From Dehalococcoidia bacterium (GTDB lineage: Bacteria > Chloroflexota > Dehalococcoidia > GIF9 > UBA5629), in contig JBEKIW010000002.1 in the NCBI GenBank assembly GCA_050011565.1, positions 192,001 through 256,000 of the forward strand: a DNA stretch of 64,000 bases. Direction: 5' to 3'. The notes beneath the pieces were generated by a model that ran no database searches, was not told where the DNA came from, and saw nothing but the letters and a program-made list of their open reading frames with translations. Both the position numbers and the translations under genes were made by a program. Every line of letters begins with the position of its first letter. The first letter of the stretch is position 1. Positions 43,835 through 54,316 of the stretch are shown piece by piece.

Positions 43835-45244
43835 TTACCGATTGCCCAACCGCCGTAGAATCTTCGCCCGCTCCTGGACCTTTTTTATGATGTCGCGAGT
43901 CTCGATAAAATCGGTGGTGTGCCTTCCCGACCTGAATGTTTCGTCGTCCAACGCCACCTGGTGGAACAGAGTAATCGACTCGATGCCTTCGATTCTTATC
44001 TCACTCAGAGCCCTCTGCATCCGTAATATAGCTTCTTCCCTGGTCTTCCCTCTTACCAGTAGTTTAAACAGCAATGAATCATAATCATGAGGAAGCTCAT
44101 AACCTTCATAGACTCCTTCATCGATCCTGACTCCCAAACCGTGGGGAAATCGAAGGCCCGTTATTTTACCGGGACTGGGGAAAAAGTTACGCGTCGGATC
44201 CTCTGCGGTTATCCGGCAATTTATAGAAGGTGCATCAAGTCTAATATCTTCCTGGTTATAACTCAATCGCTCTCCAGCGGCAATTCTGATTTGCTCTTTG
44301 ACGATGTCTACATTGGCAGCGAGCTCCGTCACACAGTGCTCCACCTGCAAACGAGAGTTAACTTCGTTAAAGTAGAACTCCTGGGTGTCCGGCACGTAAA
44401 AGAACTCTACAGTCAGCGCATTGACGTACTGCAAAGCCACCGCCACGTCGAGAGCCGTCACGTACATCTTCATTCTCAAGTGCGGCGATAAAATTTGGCA
44501 CGGTGCTTCTTCTATCAGCTTCTGAAACCTTCGCTGAACGGAGCAGTCCCTTTCCCCCAGATGAATAACGTTACCGAACTTATCAGCCAGGACTTGGACC
44601 TCTATGTGCTTTACTCCGGTGAGAAGCTTCTCAACATAGAATGAGGGCACGCCGAACGCCTTTTTCCCTCTCTCCTTCACAAAGCGAACAGCCTCTTCCA
44701 GCTCTTTGCTATCTCTAGCTACGACCATACCGATGCCGCCCCCACCACCCGAGGGCTTGATAATAACGGGATAGCCGATGCTTTCCGCCGCCTGTTCCAC
44801 GTCGGCAAGCTTTACGTTACCTAAGCCCGTAAAAGGCTCGTCGGAGCCCGGGATTATAGGTATATTAAGCATTCTCATCAACTGCCGCGCCCTGTGCTTT
44901 GGCTTAACTTTATACATACACTCGCTGGTAGGGCCTATGAAGACAATCCCCTGTTTTTCACACATTTCGGCAAACTCGGGATTCTCGGCTAAAAAGCCAT
45001 AGCCCGGGTGAAGGGCGTCGGCTTTGCTCCGCATGGCAACTTCCAGTATTTTCTCCGTATTAAGATAGCTCTTCGTTGCCTCCGCCGGTCCAATGAGGTA
45101 GGCCTCGTCAGCCAGCTTTACATGCAGCGAGTTGGCATCAACATCGGAATAAACTACAACCGTACTTATGCCCATCTCTTTGCAGGTCCTTATTATCCTG
45201 ACGGCAATTTCGCCGCGGTTGGGAATCATAATTTTGCGAAACAT
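43835..45244 (-). CDS. Biotin carboxylase (AccC/PycA-like)
   Basis: NRGEIAVR, HPGYGFLAEN, GGGGIG, RDCSVQRRFQK, EVNSRLQVEH. Confidence 0.92.
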   Translation of the reverse strand: MFRKIMIPNRGEIAVRIIRTCKEMGISTVVVYSDVDANSLHVKLADEAYLIGPAEATKSYLNTEKILEVAMRSKADALHPGYGFLAENPEFAEMCEKQGIVFIGPTSECMYKVKPKHRARQLMRMLNIPIIPGSDEPFTGLGNVKLADVEQAAESIGYPVIIKPSGGGGGIGMVVARDSKELEEAVRFVKERGKKAFGVPSFYVEKLLTGVKHIEVQVLADKFGNVIHLGERDCSVQRRFQKLIEEAPCQILSPHLRMKMYVTALDVAVALQYVNALTVEFFYVPDTQEFYFNEVNSRLQVEHCVTELAANVDIVKEQIRIAAGERLSYNQEDIRLDAPSINCRITAEDPTRNFFPSPGKITGLRFPHGLGVRIDEGVYEGYELPHDYDSLLFKLLVRGKTREEAILRMQRALSEIRIEGIESITLFHQVALDDETFRSGRHTTDFIETRDIIKKVQERAKILRRLGNR

Positions 45245-45319
45245 GACCTTATCCTCTACTTAAAAAACACAATCGAAAAACAGAATATTTTCTTAGTGTA
45301 GCCTAAAAGATAACCAGAT

Positions 45320-45802
45320 TCAATCGAGATACGTTATTTTGGCAGCCGGTCTACCCCGCAACTCAAACTCTATCCCGGCCTCATTAAATAAATCCATGAA
45401 GGAATTATCGGCATAATTGCCGAAGGTGACAAACCGCTTAATCTTAGCATTCACCAGCATCTTGGCGCAGAGTATACACGGATTATGCGTAACATAAACC
45501 GTCGCGCTTTCGAGGCTGACACCATGAAGCGATGCCTGTATGATGACATTCTGCTCCGCATGGATGCCGCGACAAATCTCATGCCTTGTTCCGGACGGTA
45601 TCTTCATCTCGTCTCTGAGGCAGCCAAGCTCAAGACAGTCTTTTAGCCCGGCAGGTGCGCCGTTGTAACCGGTAGCTAAAATATGCTTGTCTTTAACGGC
45701 CACGGCTCCAACATGGTGCCGGTGGCACGTCGAGCGTTCCGCCACCACAGAAGCTATCTTCAGGAAATATTCATCGATTTCCGGCCGGATTACTTTCTTC
45801 AT
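45320..45802 (-). CDS. dCMP deaminase (ComEB-like)
   Basis: RSTC, GYNG, HAEQN, PCILC. Confidence 0.92.
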   Translation of the reverse strand: MKKVIRPEIDEYFLKIASVVAERSTCHRHHVGAVAVKDKHILATGYNGAPAGLKDCLELGCLRDEMKIPSGTRHEICRGIHAEQNVIIQASLHGVSLESATVYVTHNPCILCAKMLVNAKIKRFVTFGNYADNSFMDLFNEAGIEFELRGRPAAKITYLD

Positions 45803-46341
45803 CTTAATACTGATAGCACCTTCTTAGTTTCTCTTACCAGGCCTTTCAATGAGGACTCGTTTATAATTGTAAAGTCGGCCATGGCTATAGGCCCACCCTT
45901 GTTAGTATTCTCCAGCTCGGCGACATCGCGGCTGGCAGCTTCTTCTGCCGTTAATGGACGGACATGCCGTTTCCCCAGCCTCTCATACCTGGTCCCGGGT
46001 GATGCCCAGACAGCGACCACACGAAAACTATTTCCATAACGACTTCTGAGCAATGTGTACTCTTCCCACGAATAGAGGCCGTCCACCACAACGTTTGTCG
46101 ACTTGAGCCAGGCATCAATCTTGGGCAGATTCAGTTCGGCGTAGGCTGCCATACCGTGCTCTTGTCTCAGTTGCTGCCTGACCTGGCGTTCGTTTTCCTC
46201 GTTTAGCTGAAGACCTCTTTTCTTGATTTCCTCGTCGGTTATGTCTCCAAACCTCACCTTCTTGAAGCCGTTCCCCTCAAACACACTGGCTACCTCGGAC
46301 TTACCTGAGCCCGCCATACCGACAATTGATACCACCTGCAT
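45799..46341 (-). CDS. P-loop kinase, UPF0200/dephospho-CoA-kinase-like
   Basis: GMAGSGKS Walker A, VVDG, R.ERL..R, ADFTIIN. Confidence 0.8.
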   Translation of the reverse strand: MQVVSIVGMAGSGKSEVASVFEGNGFKKVRFGDITDEEIKKRGLQLNEENERQVRQQLRQEHGMAAYAELNLPKIDAWLKSTNVVVDGLYSWEEYTLLRSRYGNSFRVVAVWASPGTRYERLGKRHVRPLTAEEAASRDVAELENTNKGGPIAMADFTIINESSLKGLVRETKKVLSVLR

Positions 46342-46534
46342 TTCTAAACTGTTTCCAGATGAAATTCGTTCTCCCCATTATAGGGAAAACAGCTACCAGT
46401 TGGCAAAGCGATGCGAGTCTGAACTTTTGAAGCCATGCTACCCCCAATGCTATAATTAGTGACAAAGCCTCATGCACATCCGCAATCGAGCCAACTTCCA
46501 CCGAAGACTAATCACAAATTTAGGAGGAAACAAG

Positions 46535-46876
46535 ATGAAAACGAACATGGCTGTCATGCTTGCCGTATTAGGGCTGGTCACTCTGGGATTGTTTGCCAAT
46601 CTGGGCTGCAGCTCTGGCGGCGCCGATGTTTACCTGGAAGGGGTAACCCTCGGTTCGGTAACAGTCGAGGGAAAACCGGTTTCCGGGCTGCCGTCACAGA
46701 CAGTGAACATCGTCCTGAAGGTTGATGCCAAACAGATAAACATAAGCTCCGCCGGCGGGCAGACCACCATTAAATTAAGCCCCTCGAACGCCACCATAGT
46801 TACTGGCCCGAATGGCACCAGCTTCACCGGCGTCAAACCGGAACAGGTAGAAATCCAGTGGCCTGGCACACAGTAG
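46535..46876 (+). CDS. Hypothetical lipoprotein
   Basis: RBS aggagg; signal peptide ending NLGC. Confidence 0.7.
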   Translation: MKTNMAVMLAVLGLVTLGLFANLGCSSGGADVYLEGVTLGSVTVEGKPVSGLPSQTVNIVLKVDAKQINISSAGGQTTIKLSPSNATIVTGPNGTSFTGVKPEQVEIQWPGTQ

Positions 46877-46883
46877 AAAATTT

Positions 46884-49064
46884 ATGGATGTTTTAGCTGG
46901 ACTTAACCCGGCCCAAAAAAAGGCCGTAGAAACCATTGACGGGCCGCTGCTTATCGTTGCCGGCCCCGGCAGCGGCAAGACCAGGGTCATCACCCACCGT
47001 GTCGCTTACCTGATAAAGGTGTGCGGCGTAAACCCTCACCGCATTATGGCCGTCACCTTCACCAACAAGGCTGCAAGGGAGATGGCGGAGAGATTGGAAA
47101 AGCTGCTGGGGCAGACAGCGGGTGACTTAACTCTGGGCACCTTCCATGCCATCTGCGCCCGAATACTGCGCCAGGAAGGCAAGGCCATCGGGCTGGACTC
47201 CAGATTCGTTATCTACGACGAGGAAGACCAGCTAAGCCTGATAAAGCAGAGCCTGCAGGAACTCGACCTCGACCCCAAGCAGTACACGCCGAGAGCTATC
47301 CAATCGGCCATCAAGTACGCCAAAAGCCGGCTGCTGACGCCGGCAGACTACGCCGAGCAAACCAGCAATTATTTCGAAACCGTAGTCCAACGCGTCTACG
47401 AGAGATATCAGCAATCACTAACCCGTAGCCACGGCGTCGACTTCGATGACCTGCTGATGAGGACAGTCCAGCTATTCAACGACCATCCCAAGGTTCTCGC
47501 CAAATATCAATCACGTTATCTTCATATTCTGGTCGACGAGTTTCAGGATACCAACATCACCCAGTATATGCTGATAAAGCAGCTGGCGGGAAAACACCGG
47601 AATGTCTGTGTTGTCGGCGACCCCGACCAGTCGATTTATTCCTGGAGATTTGCCGATTTGCGTAACATACTGAGCTTCGAGAAGGATTATCCCGATGCCA
47701 AAGTAGCCTTCCTGGAGCAGAATTATCGCTCTACCAAGACCATACTCGATGTGGCGTCCAGCATCATCACCATCAACTCACGGCGTAAACCTAAACGCCT
47801 GTGGACGGATAACGAGGCTGGCGTTCCGGTCTCCGTTATCCAGACTTACAACGAGGGTGAAGAGGCCCAGTTTGTCATCAGCGAAATAGAAAGGCTGGTA
47901 AGCGAAAACCTTACCACAGCCGGCGGTTGTGCCGTGATGTACCGGGTCAATGCGCAGTCCCGAGCTTTGGAAGAAGCTTACATGCGCTATGGACTGCCGT
48001 ACAAGCTCGTCGGCGGCACCCGTTTCTACCAGAGGCGCGAGATTAAAGATATCATCGCCTACCTGAGGCTGATACACAACCCTGCCGACAGTATCAGCCT
48101 CACTCGAATAATAAATGTCCCCGGCAGAGGCATCGGCCAGCGTACTCTGGCTGAGCTATCAGGCTGGGCAAAAAATCAGGACATATCTTTATATTCGGCA
48201 CTTAAGATGGTGGCGGAGAAGAAAGGGCCAGCCTTAACACCGCGGGCTAACTACGCTCTGATAAGCTTCTTGACCTTACTTAACGAATTCATCACTAAAA
48301 GCGGGGAGCTAAATCTCACCGGTTTGCTCAATGAGGTGCTGGAGAAGACAGGCTACAAGGTGCACGTTCTCAACGAGGAAAACGGCGAGGAGCGCTGGGA
48401 GAACATACAAGAGCTTTTCACCGTAGCTAGAGATTACGACGAACTCAGCCCCACTGAGGCGTTGTCTACATTCCTCGAGAAGGTAAGCCTGGTCTCAGAC
48501 GTAGACGAGCTTGAAGAAAAGGTAGACGCCACCACGCTGATTACGCTGCACCAGGCCAAGGGTCTGGAATTCCCCGTTGTCTTCATCGTCGGCATGGAGG
48601 AAGGACTGCTGCCACATCGGAGGTCTATGGAAGACCCCGATGAACTGGAGGAGGAACGCCGGTTGTGCTATGTAGGAGTAACCCGGGCGCAGCAGCGAGT
48701 TTATTTACTACATACCTATCACCGCAACCTGTTCGGCAGCAGCTCGGCAACTCTACCCTCGCGCTTTCTCCAGGACATCCCCAAACAATTAATTGCCGGC
48801 AAAGGCCTGTGGGAAGATGACGGGGACAAGGCAGATGAATTCACGCCGATAACCACCCTTTATTCCAGGTCGACCATTAAGCCATTGAGCAGCCTGAAAT
48901 TAGAAATTGGCGACCGTGTTCAACACAAGATGTTCGGTGAAGGTGTGGTTATAAACTGCTCGCCCAATAAGGACGATCAGGAAATAACCGTCGCCTTCGA
49001 TGGAGCCGGCGTTAAGCATCTGCTCCTTAGCCTGGCACCCCTCGAAAAAATAGAGACAAGCTGA
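46884..49064 (+). CDS. pcrA: ATP-dependent DNA helicase PcrA/UvrD
   Basis: AGPGSGKT, VDEFQD, GDPDQSIY, QNYRS, HQAKGLEF, EERRLCYVGVTRA, C-terminal Tudor-like domain. Confidence 0.95.
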   Translation: MDVLAGLNPAQKKAVETIDGPLLIVAGPGSGKTRVITHRVAYLIKVCGVNPHRIMAVTFTNKAAREMAERLEKLLGQTAGDLTLGTFHAICARILRQEGKAIGLDSRFVIYDEEDQLSLIKQSLQELDLDPKQYTPRAIQSAIKYAKSRLLTPADYAEQTSNYFETVVQRVYERYQQSLTRSHGVDFDDLLMRTVQLFNDHPKVLAKYQSRYLHILVDEFQDTNITQYMLIKQLAGKHRNVCVVGDPDQSIYSWRFADLRNILSFEKDYPDAKVAFLEQNYRSTKTILDVASSIITINSRRKPKRLWTDNEAGVPVSVIQTYNEGEEAQFVISEIERLVSENLTTAGGCAVMYRVNAQSRALEEAYMRYGLPYKLVGGTRFYQRREIKDIIAYLRLIHNPADSISLTRIINVPGRGIGQRTLAELSGWAKNQDISLYSALKMVAEKKGPALTPRANYALISFLTLLNEFITKSGELNLTGLLNEVLEKTGYKVHVLNEENGEERWENIQELFTVARDYDELSPTEALSTFLEKVSLVSDVDELEEKVDATTLITLHQAKGLEFPVVFIVGMEEGLLPHRRSMEDPDELEEERRLCYVGVTRAQQRVYLLHTYHRNLFGSSSATLPSRFLQDIPKQLIAGKGLWEDDGDKADEFTPITTLYSRSTIKPLSSLKLEIGDRVQHKMFGEGVVINCSPNKDDQEITVAFDGAGVKHLLLSLAPLEKIETS

Positions 49065-49114
49065 GGACTTTCTTCAATTGTATTTATACACTAAACCGTG
49101 TAATATGAACTGAC

Positions 49115-50755
49115 ATGCCTATCAGAATTCTGGCCTGTGAAGTTGTCTCCAAGATTGCCGCCGGTGAGGTGGTGGACAGGCCGGCTTCGGTGGTGAAGGA
49201 GCTGGTGGAGAACTCGCTGGATGCCGGCGCCACACAGATATCCGTCGAGACACAGGATGGCGGCGTACGCCTCATCAGGGTAACCGACAACGGCAGCGGC
49301 ATACCCGCCACCGATGTGGAACGTGCCTTTCATCGCTACGCCACCAGCAAGATTGAAACGCTGACCGACCTAGAAAAAATTTCCACGCTGGGCTTCCGAG
49401 GTGAGGCTCTGCCCAGCATAGCCTCCGCAGCCGATGTGGAAATCCTGACCAAGGCCGACGTTGATACTGCCGGCAGCTACCTCCACCTCAAGAGCAGCAA
49501 TATAGCAAAGAGGGATAAACGCACTCGACCTCAAGGCACCACCGTCATCGTGCATCACCTTTTCCGTAACGTCCCGGTGCGACTGAAATTCCTCAAGTCG
49601 GCAACCACCGAAAGCGGCCACATTGCCAACCTTTTGAGCCAGTATGCACTGGCCTTCCCCGAGGTGCGATTCAATCTTGTCCTGGATGGGCGGCTGACCC
49701 TCCACACCTCGGGCAACGGCAGCTTAGAAGAAGTTGTCGCCGAAGTTTACGGATTGGAAATAGCCAGGCAAATGTTGAAGATTGGCGAAACGGACCAGGT
49801 TCCGGGTGTATCCGGCCTGGTAAGCCCGCCATCGCTGGCTCGCTCTAGTCGCAGCTACCTCAGCTTTTTCGTCAACCGTCGCTGGGTAAGCAGCAGCCTG
49901 CTGGCTCGAGCCACTGAAGATGCCTATCACGGCTTGCTTATCACCGGCAAGCATCCTATTGCCATCGTAAATGTTTCATTGCCGCCGCAGGAGCTAGATA
50001 TCAATGTCCATCCCACAAAAAGAGACGTAAAATTCCGCAACAGCCAGATTGTCTACGCAGCAGTTCAAAAGTCAATACAGAAAGTGCTGGTAAAAGCACC
50101 GCCGCCTGAAATTAAGACCGGCGCACCCTCATTTACCCCACCTCCAAGCTTGTGGACAGTCAAAGGTGCCGAGCCGGTTTCCCTGCCTATATTGAGGGTT
50201 GTGGGACAGCTCGCCAGCAACTATATCATGGCTGAAGGCCCCGAAGGCCTCTATCTTATCGACCAGCACGCCGCCCATGAACGTGTCCTGTTCGAAAAAA
50301 TCCTGTCCCAGCGCGCTCAGCGGCAGATAGAAATTCAGGGCTTGCTTGAGCCAGTGAGCCTGGAATTAACTCCCAAGCAAGAGGAGGTTTTGAAAAAGAA
50401 GGCTGAGCTGCTGGGTGAGTTCGGCTTCAGTCTTGAGCACTTTGGCGCCAGGAGCTACCTGCTTAAAGCGGTGCCCGCCATAATGAAGGAGGGAAACCTG
50501 TCCGAAGCGGTCAGTACACTGTTAGACTCCATAGCCATCGAAGAGGAACCAGCTAAGCGCGACGAAAAAATAGCTCAGTCTGTAGCCTGTCACAGTGCTG
50601 TCAAGGCCGGGCATTCATTAAATGCCGAGGAAATGAGAGAGCTGATAAAGCAACTGGAACAGACCAGGCAGCCGCGCACCTGCCCCCACGGCAGGCCGAC
50701 CATGATACATCTGAGCTCACACCAATTGGAAAAGGAATTCGGCAGGACCGGCTAA
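49115..50755 (+). CDS. mutL: DNA mismatch repair protein MutL with endonuclease motif
   Basis: KIAAGEV, ELVENSLDAGA, GFRGEAL, DQHAAHERVLFE, CPHGRP. Confidence 0.97.
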   Translation: MPIRILACEVVSKIAAGEVVDRPASVVKELVENSLDAGATQISVETQDGGVRLIRVTDNGSGIPATDVERAFHRYATSKIETLTDLEKISTLGFRGEALPSIASAADVEILTKADVDTAGSYLHLKSSNIAKRDKRTRPQGTTVIVHHLFRNVPVRLKFLKSATTESGHIANLLSQYALAFPEVRFNLVLDGRLTLHTSGNGSLEEVVAEVYGLEIARQMLKIGETDQVPGVSGLVSPPSLARSSRSYLSFFVNRRWVSSSLLARATEDAYHGLLITGKHPIAIVNVSLPPQELDINVHPTKRDVKFRNSQIVYAAVQKSIQKVLVKAPPPEIKTGAPSFTPPPSLWTVKGAEPVSLPILRVVGQLASNYIMAEGPEGLYLIDQHAAHERVLFEKILSQRAQRQIEIQGLLEPVSLELTPKQEEVLKKKAELLGEFGFSLEHFGARSYLLKAVPAIMKEGNLSEAVSTLLDSIAIEEEPAKRDEKIAQSVACHSAVKAGHSLNAEEMRELIKQLEQTRQPRTCPHGRPTMIHLSSHQLEKEFGRTG

Positions 50756-50870
50756 AAAATTAAAAGTCAAAGACCAAAAGTCGGGGATTCAAATCAAAAG
50801 TTATAAATAAGCACTTAAATATTTTGGATTTATTATCTGCACTTTTAACTTTTTGCTTTTAACCTTTTAT

Positions 50871-51986
50871 TTATTGCAGCCATTCCTTGCCGGCACGCTC
50901 ATTAACGCTGCACAATGACAGGTCTTCGGAGCCGACGCGCTTCTTGTTTTCTGGAATGGCTCTGACGCAATTTTTATTGCAGGAATCGCAGTTGACGATG
51001 TCGTCGAATCTACCTTCCTGCGCCTTTTTCGCCCATTGAGGGTCGGTGATAAGCTGACGCCCCAGAGCCACCAAATCAGCTTTATTCTGTGAGATAATCT
51101 CTGCGGCCAGCTCAGGTGAGTTAATCCGCCCCACGGCTATCACGGGCATATCTACCGCCTTCTTTATCGCCTCGGCCTGAGAAATATATGTACCCATCGG
51201 CTGCCTTTTCGACGGCATGATTTGCCTGGCAAGCCTCCCATAAGAAACATCGATGATGTCAACCCCAGCCTTTTTCAGAGCCTGAGCCAATTTTAGGCTC
51301 TGCTCCAGCATGATGCCTCCCACCACGCCCTCTTCGGCGGACAGCCGCCAGAATAAGGGATAATCTTCACCCACCGCCTTTCTGACTGCTTTGACACATT
51401 CCAGGGCAAAGGTCATCCTCTTCTCCACACTGCCACCGTATTTATCGCTTCGCTGGTTATCCAGAGGGGAGAAGAACCGGTGCAGCAGGTAGGCATGAGC
51501 ACCGTGAATGTCGACAAAATCCATACCGGCTTCCCTGGCGCTGGCTGCCGCAGCGGCAAACTTGCCGGTTATGATTTTAATTTCAGCCGCCTTAAGCTCA
51601 CGAGCCTCTCTCGTGGCTGAGGGGGCAATAAATTCACCTTGCGTACCCGTAAGTCCGGCAGGAAAATGAAAGCCGTGCCACAGCTGAATGCCAATTTTAG
51701 CTCCGGTATCATGAATGTCGGCAACCAGCGATGACAGCCCTTGCAGGAACGAAGCCAGGGCTCCGCTTTTTCCCCAAGCTTCGTCGGAGGCCAGTATATC
51801 CACAGCGGTCGCCGGCAGGATGATAGTACCTACACCTCCTCGGGCTCGCTCAAGATAGAAAGCCCTGGCCCTCCGGCTGCGGAATCCCAGGCTTAGCTGC
51901 ATCGGCGCCATGACTATCCGGTTCTTGATTTGGAGGCCCTTGATTGTAAATGGTGTGAACAAGGCAGAAATATTATTCTGTGGCAT
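50871..51986 (-). CDS. NADH:flavin oxidoreductase (Old Yellow Enzyme family)
   Basis: KNRIVMAPM, IHGAHAYLL, N.RSDKYGGS, C-terminal CDSCNKNC. Confidence 0.9.
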   Translation of the reverse strand: MPQNNISALFTPFTIKGLQIKNRIVMAPMQLSLGFRSRRARAFYLERARGGVGTIILPATAVDILASDEAWGKSGALASFLQGLSSLVADIHDTGAKIGIQLWHGFHFPAGLTGTQGEFIAPSATREARELKAAEIKIITGKFAAAAASAREAGMDFVDIHGAHAYLLHRFFSPLDNQRSDKYGGSVEKRMTFALECVKAVRKAVGEDYPLFWRLSAEEGVVGGIMLEQSLKLAQALKKAGVDIIDVSYGRLARQIMPSKRQPMGTYISQAEAIKKAVDMPVIAVGRINSPELAAEIISQNKADLVALGRQLITDPQWAKKAQEGRFDDIVNCDSCNKNCVRAIPENKKRVGSEDLSLCSVNERAGKEWLQ

Positions 51987-52065
51987 CGTCTTATAAGCCT
52001 CTCTGGTGTTTGATTTTCACATTAGTTGGGGATGGCTGCGATAGTCTCGCAGTGACGACTACCGG

Positions 52066-52479
52066 CTACACTCTGTAGCAAATCTCCGGTAGTTTCTTAT
52101 CCGTATTGCTGTCCCTTACGTACCTAAGCATGTGAATTGCATAGAGAATGACAAAGCCGGCTAAATCCTCACCCCGCATCATCTTTATTCTGTCGCCGGA
52201 GAATAAAACTTTAAGATTGCTGGCGAACTCGTCGTCAGCACGGTTAAACACATAAAAGACCCGCACTCCGGGAAATATCTCCTTGCTTATCGCCCAATCC
52301 TCGCCAATTCCCAGCGATTCTACCTTGCCGCCGATAAACCCGGCTAATTCTGACACATCGGTAACGTATTCGAGGGCTTCCTTCCTGGATCTAAGCGCAT
52401 GGTCAATCTGCTTCTGATGCGGGCTGACCGCTCCTTCTATTTGCTGAAGACTAATTAATTTCTTGTCCTTAAGCCCCAT
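52066..52479 (-). CDS. Hypothetical protein (DUF3786-like)
   Basis: FPGV...DDEF...VLF...ED pattern; directly downstream of cooC. Confidence 0.6.
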   Translation of the reverse strand: MGLKDKKLISLQQIEGAVSPHQKQIDHALRSRKEALEYVTDVSELAGFIGGKVESLGIGEDWAISKEIFPGVRVFYVFNRADDEFASNLKVLFSGDRIKMMRGEDLAGFVILYAIHMLRYVRDSNTDKKLPEICYRV

Positions 52480-52503
52480 TCAATACCTTCCTGTATAAGC
52501 GAT

Positions 52504-53259
52504 TTACAGCTCAAATTTGGAGATGATTTCCTTTACGCTTTGCCTGAGTGGTGAGCCTTCAGGTAGCTCGATTATCGGTTTTCCTTTTATATCCAGATCG
52601 GCAAGATTCGGGTCTTCGGGTATAGTAGCTATAAGCTCCAGGCCGAAATCGCTGACAGCCTTTCCTATCTCCTGTGGCAGTCCGTTTTTAAGTCGATTTA
52701 CTGCCAGTACTACCTTGCCGACCTTGGTTCTCATTTCCTTGATCAAATCCTTCATCCTGGCCGCCGTGGTTATGCCCCGCATGGTAACATCCGAGACAAT
52801 AAGCAGTATGTCAACATCCCGCGTTGTCTGACGGCTTATGTGTTCCATGCCCGCTTCCGAATCGATAACGGTATAATCGTAGTTCTTAGCTAATCTATCG
52901 ATAGACAGGCGCAGCATGTGATTGGCGGCGCAGTAGCACCCGGGCCCCTCCGGCCGCCCCATAGCCAGCAGGTCAACCTTAGCCGACTCCACCAATGCCT
53001 GTCTTATCTTCATATCCAGAAGGTCTTGCTTGGAAACGGTGGGCGAAAGCCGTCCTTTTTGTATATCTTCAGTGACATCCTCGCGAGCCCTGCCCACAGT
53101 CTCTCCCAGAGGCAGACCCAAAGCCGCATTTAGATTGGTGGCAGGGTCGGCGTCAATTGCCAGAACTACCCCTTTTTTGGACAGCAAATCTACCAATAAA
53201 GCAGCGATTGCCGTCTTGCCTACACCTCCTTTTCCCGCTATTACAATCATTTTGCCCAT
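52504..53259 (-). CDS. cooC: CO dehydrogenase/ACS nickel-insertion ATPase CooC/AcsF
   Basis: GKGGVGKT, IDADP, GPGCYC, DSEAGMEH. Confidence 0.93.
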   Translation of the reverse strand: MGKMIVIAGKGGVGKTAIAALLVDLLSKKGVVLAIDADPATNLNAALGLPLGETVGRAREDVTEDIQKGRLSPTVSKQDLLDMKIRQALVESAKVDLLAMGRPEGPGCYCAANHMLRLSIDRLAKNYDYTVIDSEAGMEHISRQTTRDVDILLIVSDVTMRGITTAARMKDLIKEMRTKVGKVVLAVNRLKNGLPQEIGKAVSDFGLELIATIPEDPNLADLDIKGKPIIELPEGSPLRQSVKEIISKFEL

Positions 53260-53552
53260 CTCAACCCTCCAAACTCGCTATTGAACAATTAAGACGCACT
53301 CAAGCAATGTCATCGGCTTGTGCGACGTACTATTATACCTTGAAATGAATATCACAGTCATTTTGGGCTGACAGCCGCTGTTTCCTAGTTAGTTTTACCC
53401 GCCCCTTGCAGCAGGTTGACATTTAATGTATAATACTTATTCAGTGGTTTCAGTTTAGGTTCATCACAACTTAGTTTATATTACTCATATTTACTCAAGT
53501 GCTGGATGACCAAGGCTCCAACCAACTATTTATAAGAGAGGAGGTCATCTAG

Positions 53553-53843
53553 ATGAGTTATCAGGACAAGTCTATCCAGTGTTCCGATTGCGGAACCACA
53601 TTTACCTTCAGTGCCGAAGAACAAGAGCTCTTCGCGTCTAGAGGCTATACCAACGAGCCCAAGCGCTGCGAATCCTGCCGCCAGGCAAGGAAATCAGAGC
53701 GTTATGGAAGCAGGCCCCAACGGCAAATGTTCCCCGCAACTTGCGCCCAGTGTGGCAAAGAGACACAGGTACCGTTTGAGCCCCGTGAAGGTAGACCCGT
53801 ATATTGTAGCGATTGCTACAATAAGGCCAAACTAAGCAAATAA
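53553..53843 (+). CDS. Zinc-ribbon / CxxC-x17-CxxC domain protein
   Basis: CSDCG..F.FS..EQ...PKRCESCR; CAQCG...VPFEP...PVYCSDC. Confidence 0.92.
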   Translation: MSYQDKSIQCSDCGTTFTFSAEEQELFASRGYTNEPKRCESCRQARKSERYGSRPQRQMFPATCAQCGKETQVPFEPREGRPVYCSDCYNKAKLSK

Positions 53844-53858
53844 AGCTGCTTTTTAGTA

Positions 53859-53892
53859 CATGCATAGGCTGGGTGTCCTCAGCCTATGCATG
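53859..53892. other. Strong intergenic hairpin (processing/stability element or terminator)
   Basis: catgcataggctg ggtgtcct cagcctatgcatg. Confidence 0.55.
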
Positions 53893-53925
53893 CTTATACT
53901 ACACATTAAGCAAAGGAGGCATCAA

Positions 53926-54285
53926 TTGAATATCTATGTGGGTAATCTATCCTATGAGGTAACCGAAGAGGAATTGCGGGACGAATTCGCGGCTTTCGGA
54001 GAAGTGGCCTCGGCAAATATAATAAAGGACAAGTATAGCGGGCAATCTAAGGGATTTGCATTTGTTGAAATGCCGTTGTTGTCTGCAGGCCAAGCGGCTA
54101 TTACCGGCTTGAACGGTAAAATGCTGCAGAACCGAGCAATAGCTGTAAGTGGTGCCCGTCCTCGTACTGACAACAGAAATAGTCGTGGCTCTTATGGCGG
54201 TGGTGGTTATGGCGGTGGTGGTAGAGGCGGCAGAGGTGGTGGTGGAGGTGGCAGGAGTGGTGGCGGAGGCAGGAAAAGGTATTAA
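53926..54285 (+). CDS. RRM RNA-binding protein with Gly-rich tail
   Basis: RBS aaggagg, TTG start; RNP2 IYVGNL, RNP1 KGFAFVEM. Confidence 0.95.
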   Translation: MNIYVGNLSYEVTEEELRDEFAAFGEVASANIIKDKYSGQSKGFAFVEMPLLSAGQAAITGLNGKMLQNRAIAVSGARPRTDNRNSRGSYGGGGYGGGGRGGRGGGGGGRSGGGGRKRY

Positions 54286-54316
54286 TAGCTTAATCACCTC
54301 AGGATAGGAGCAGCAA

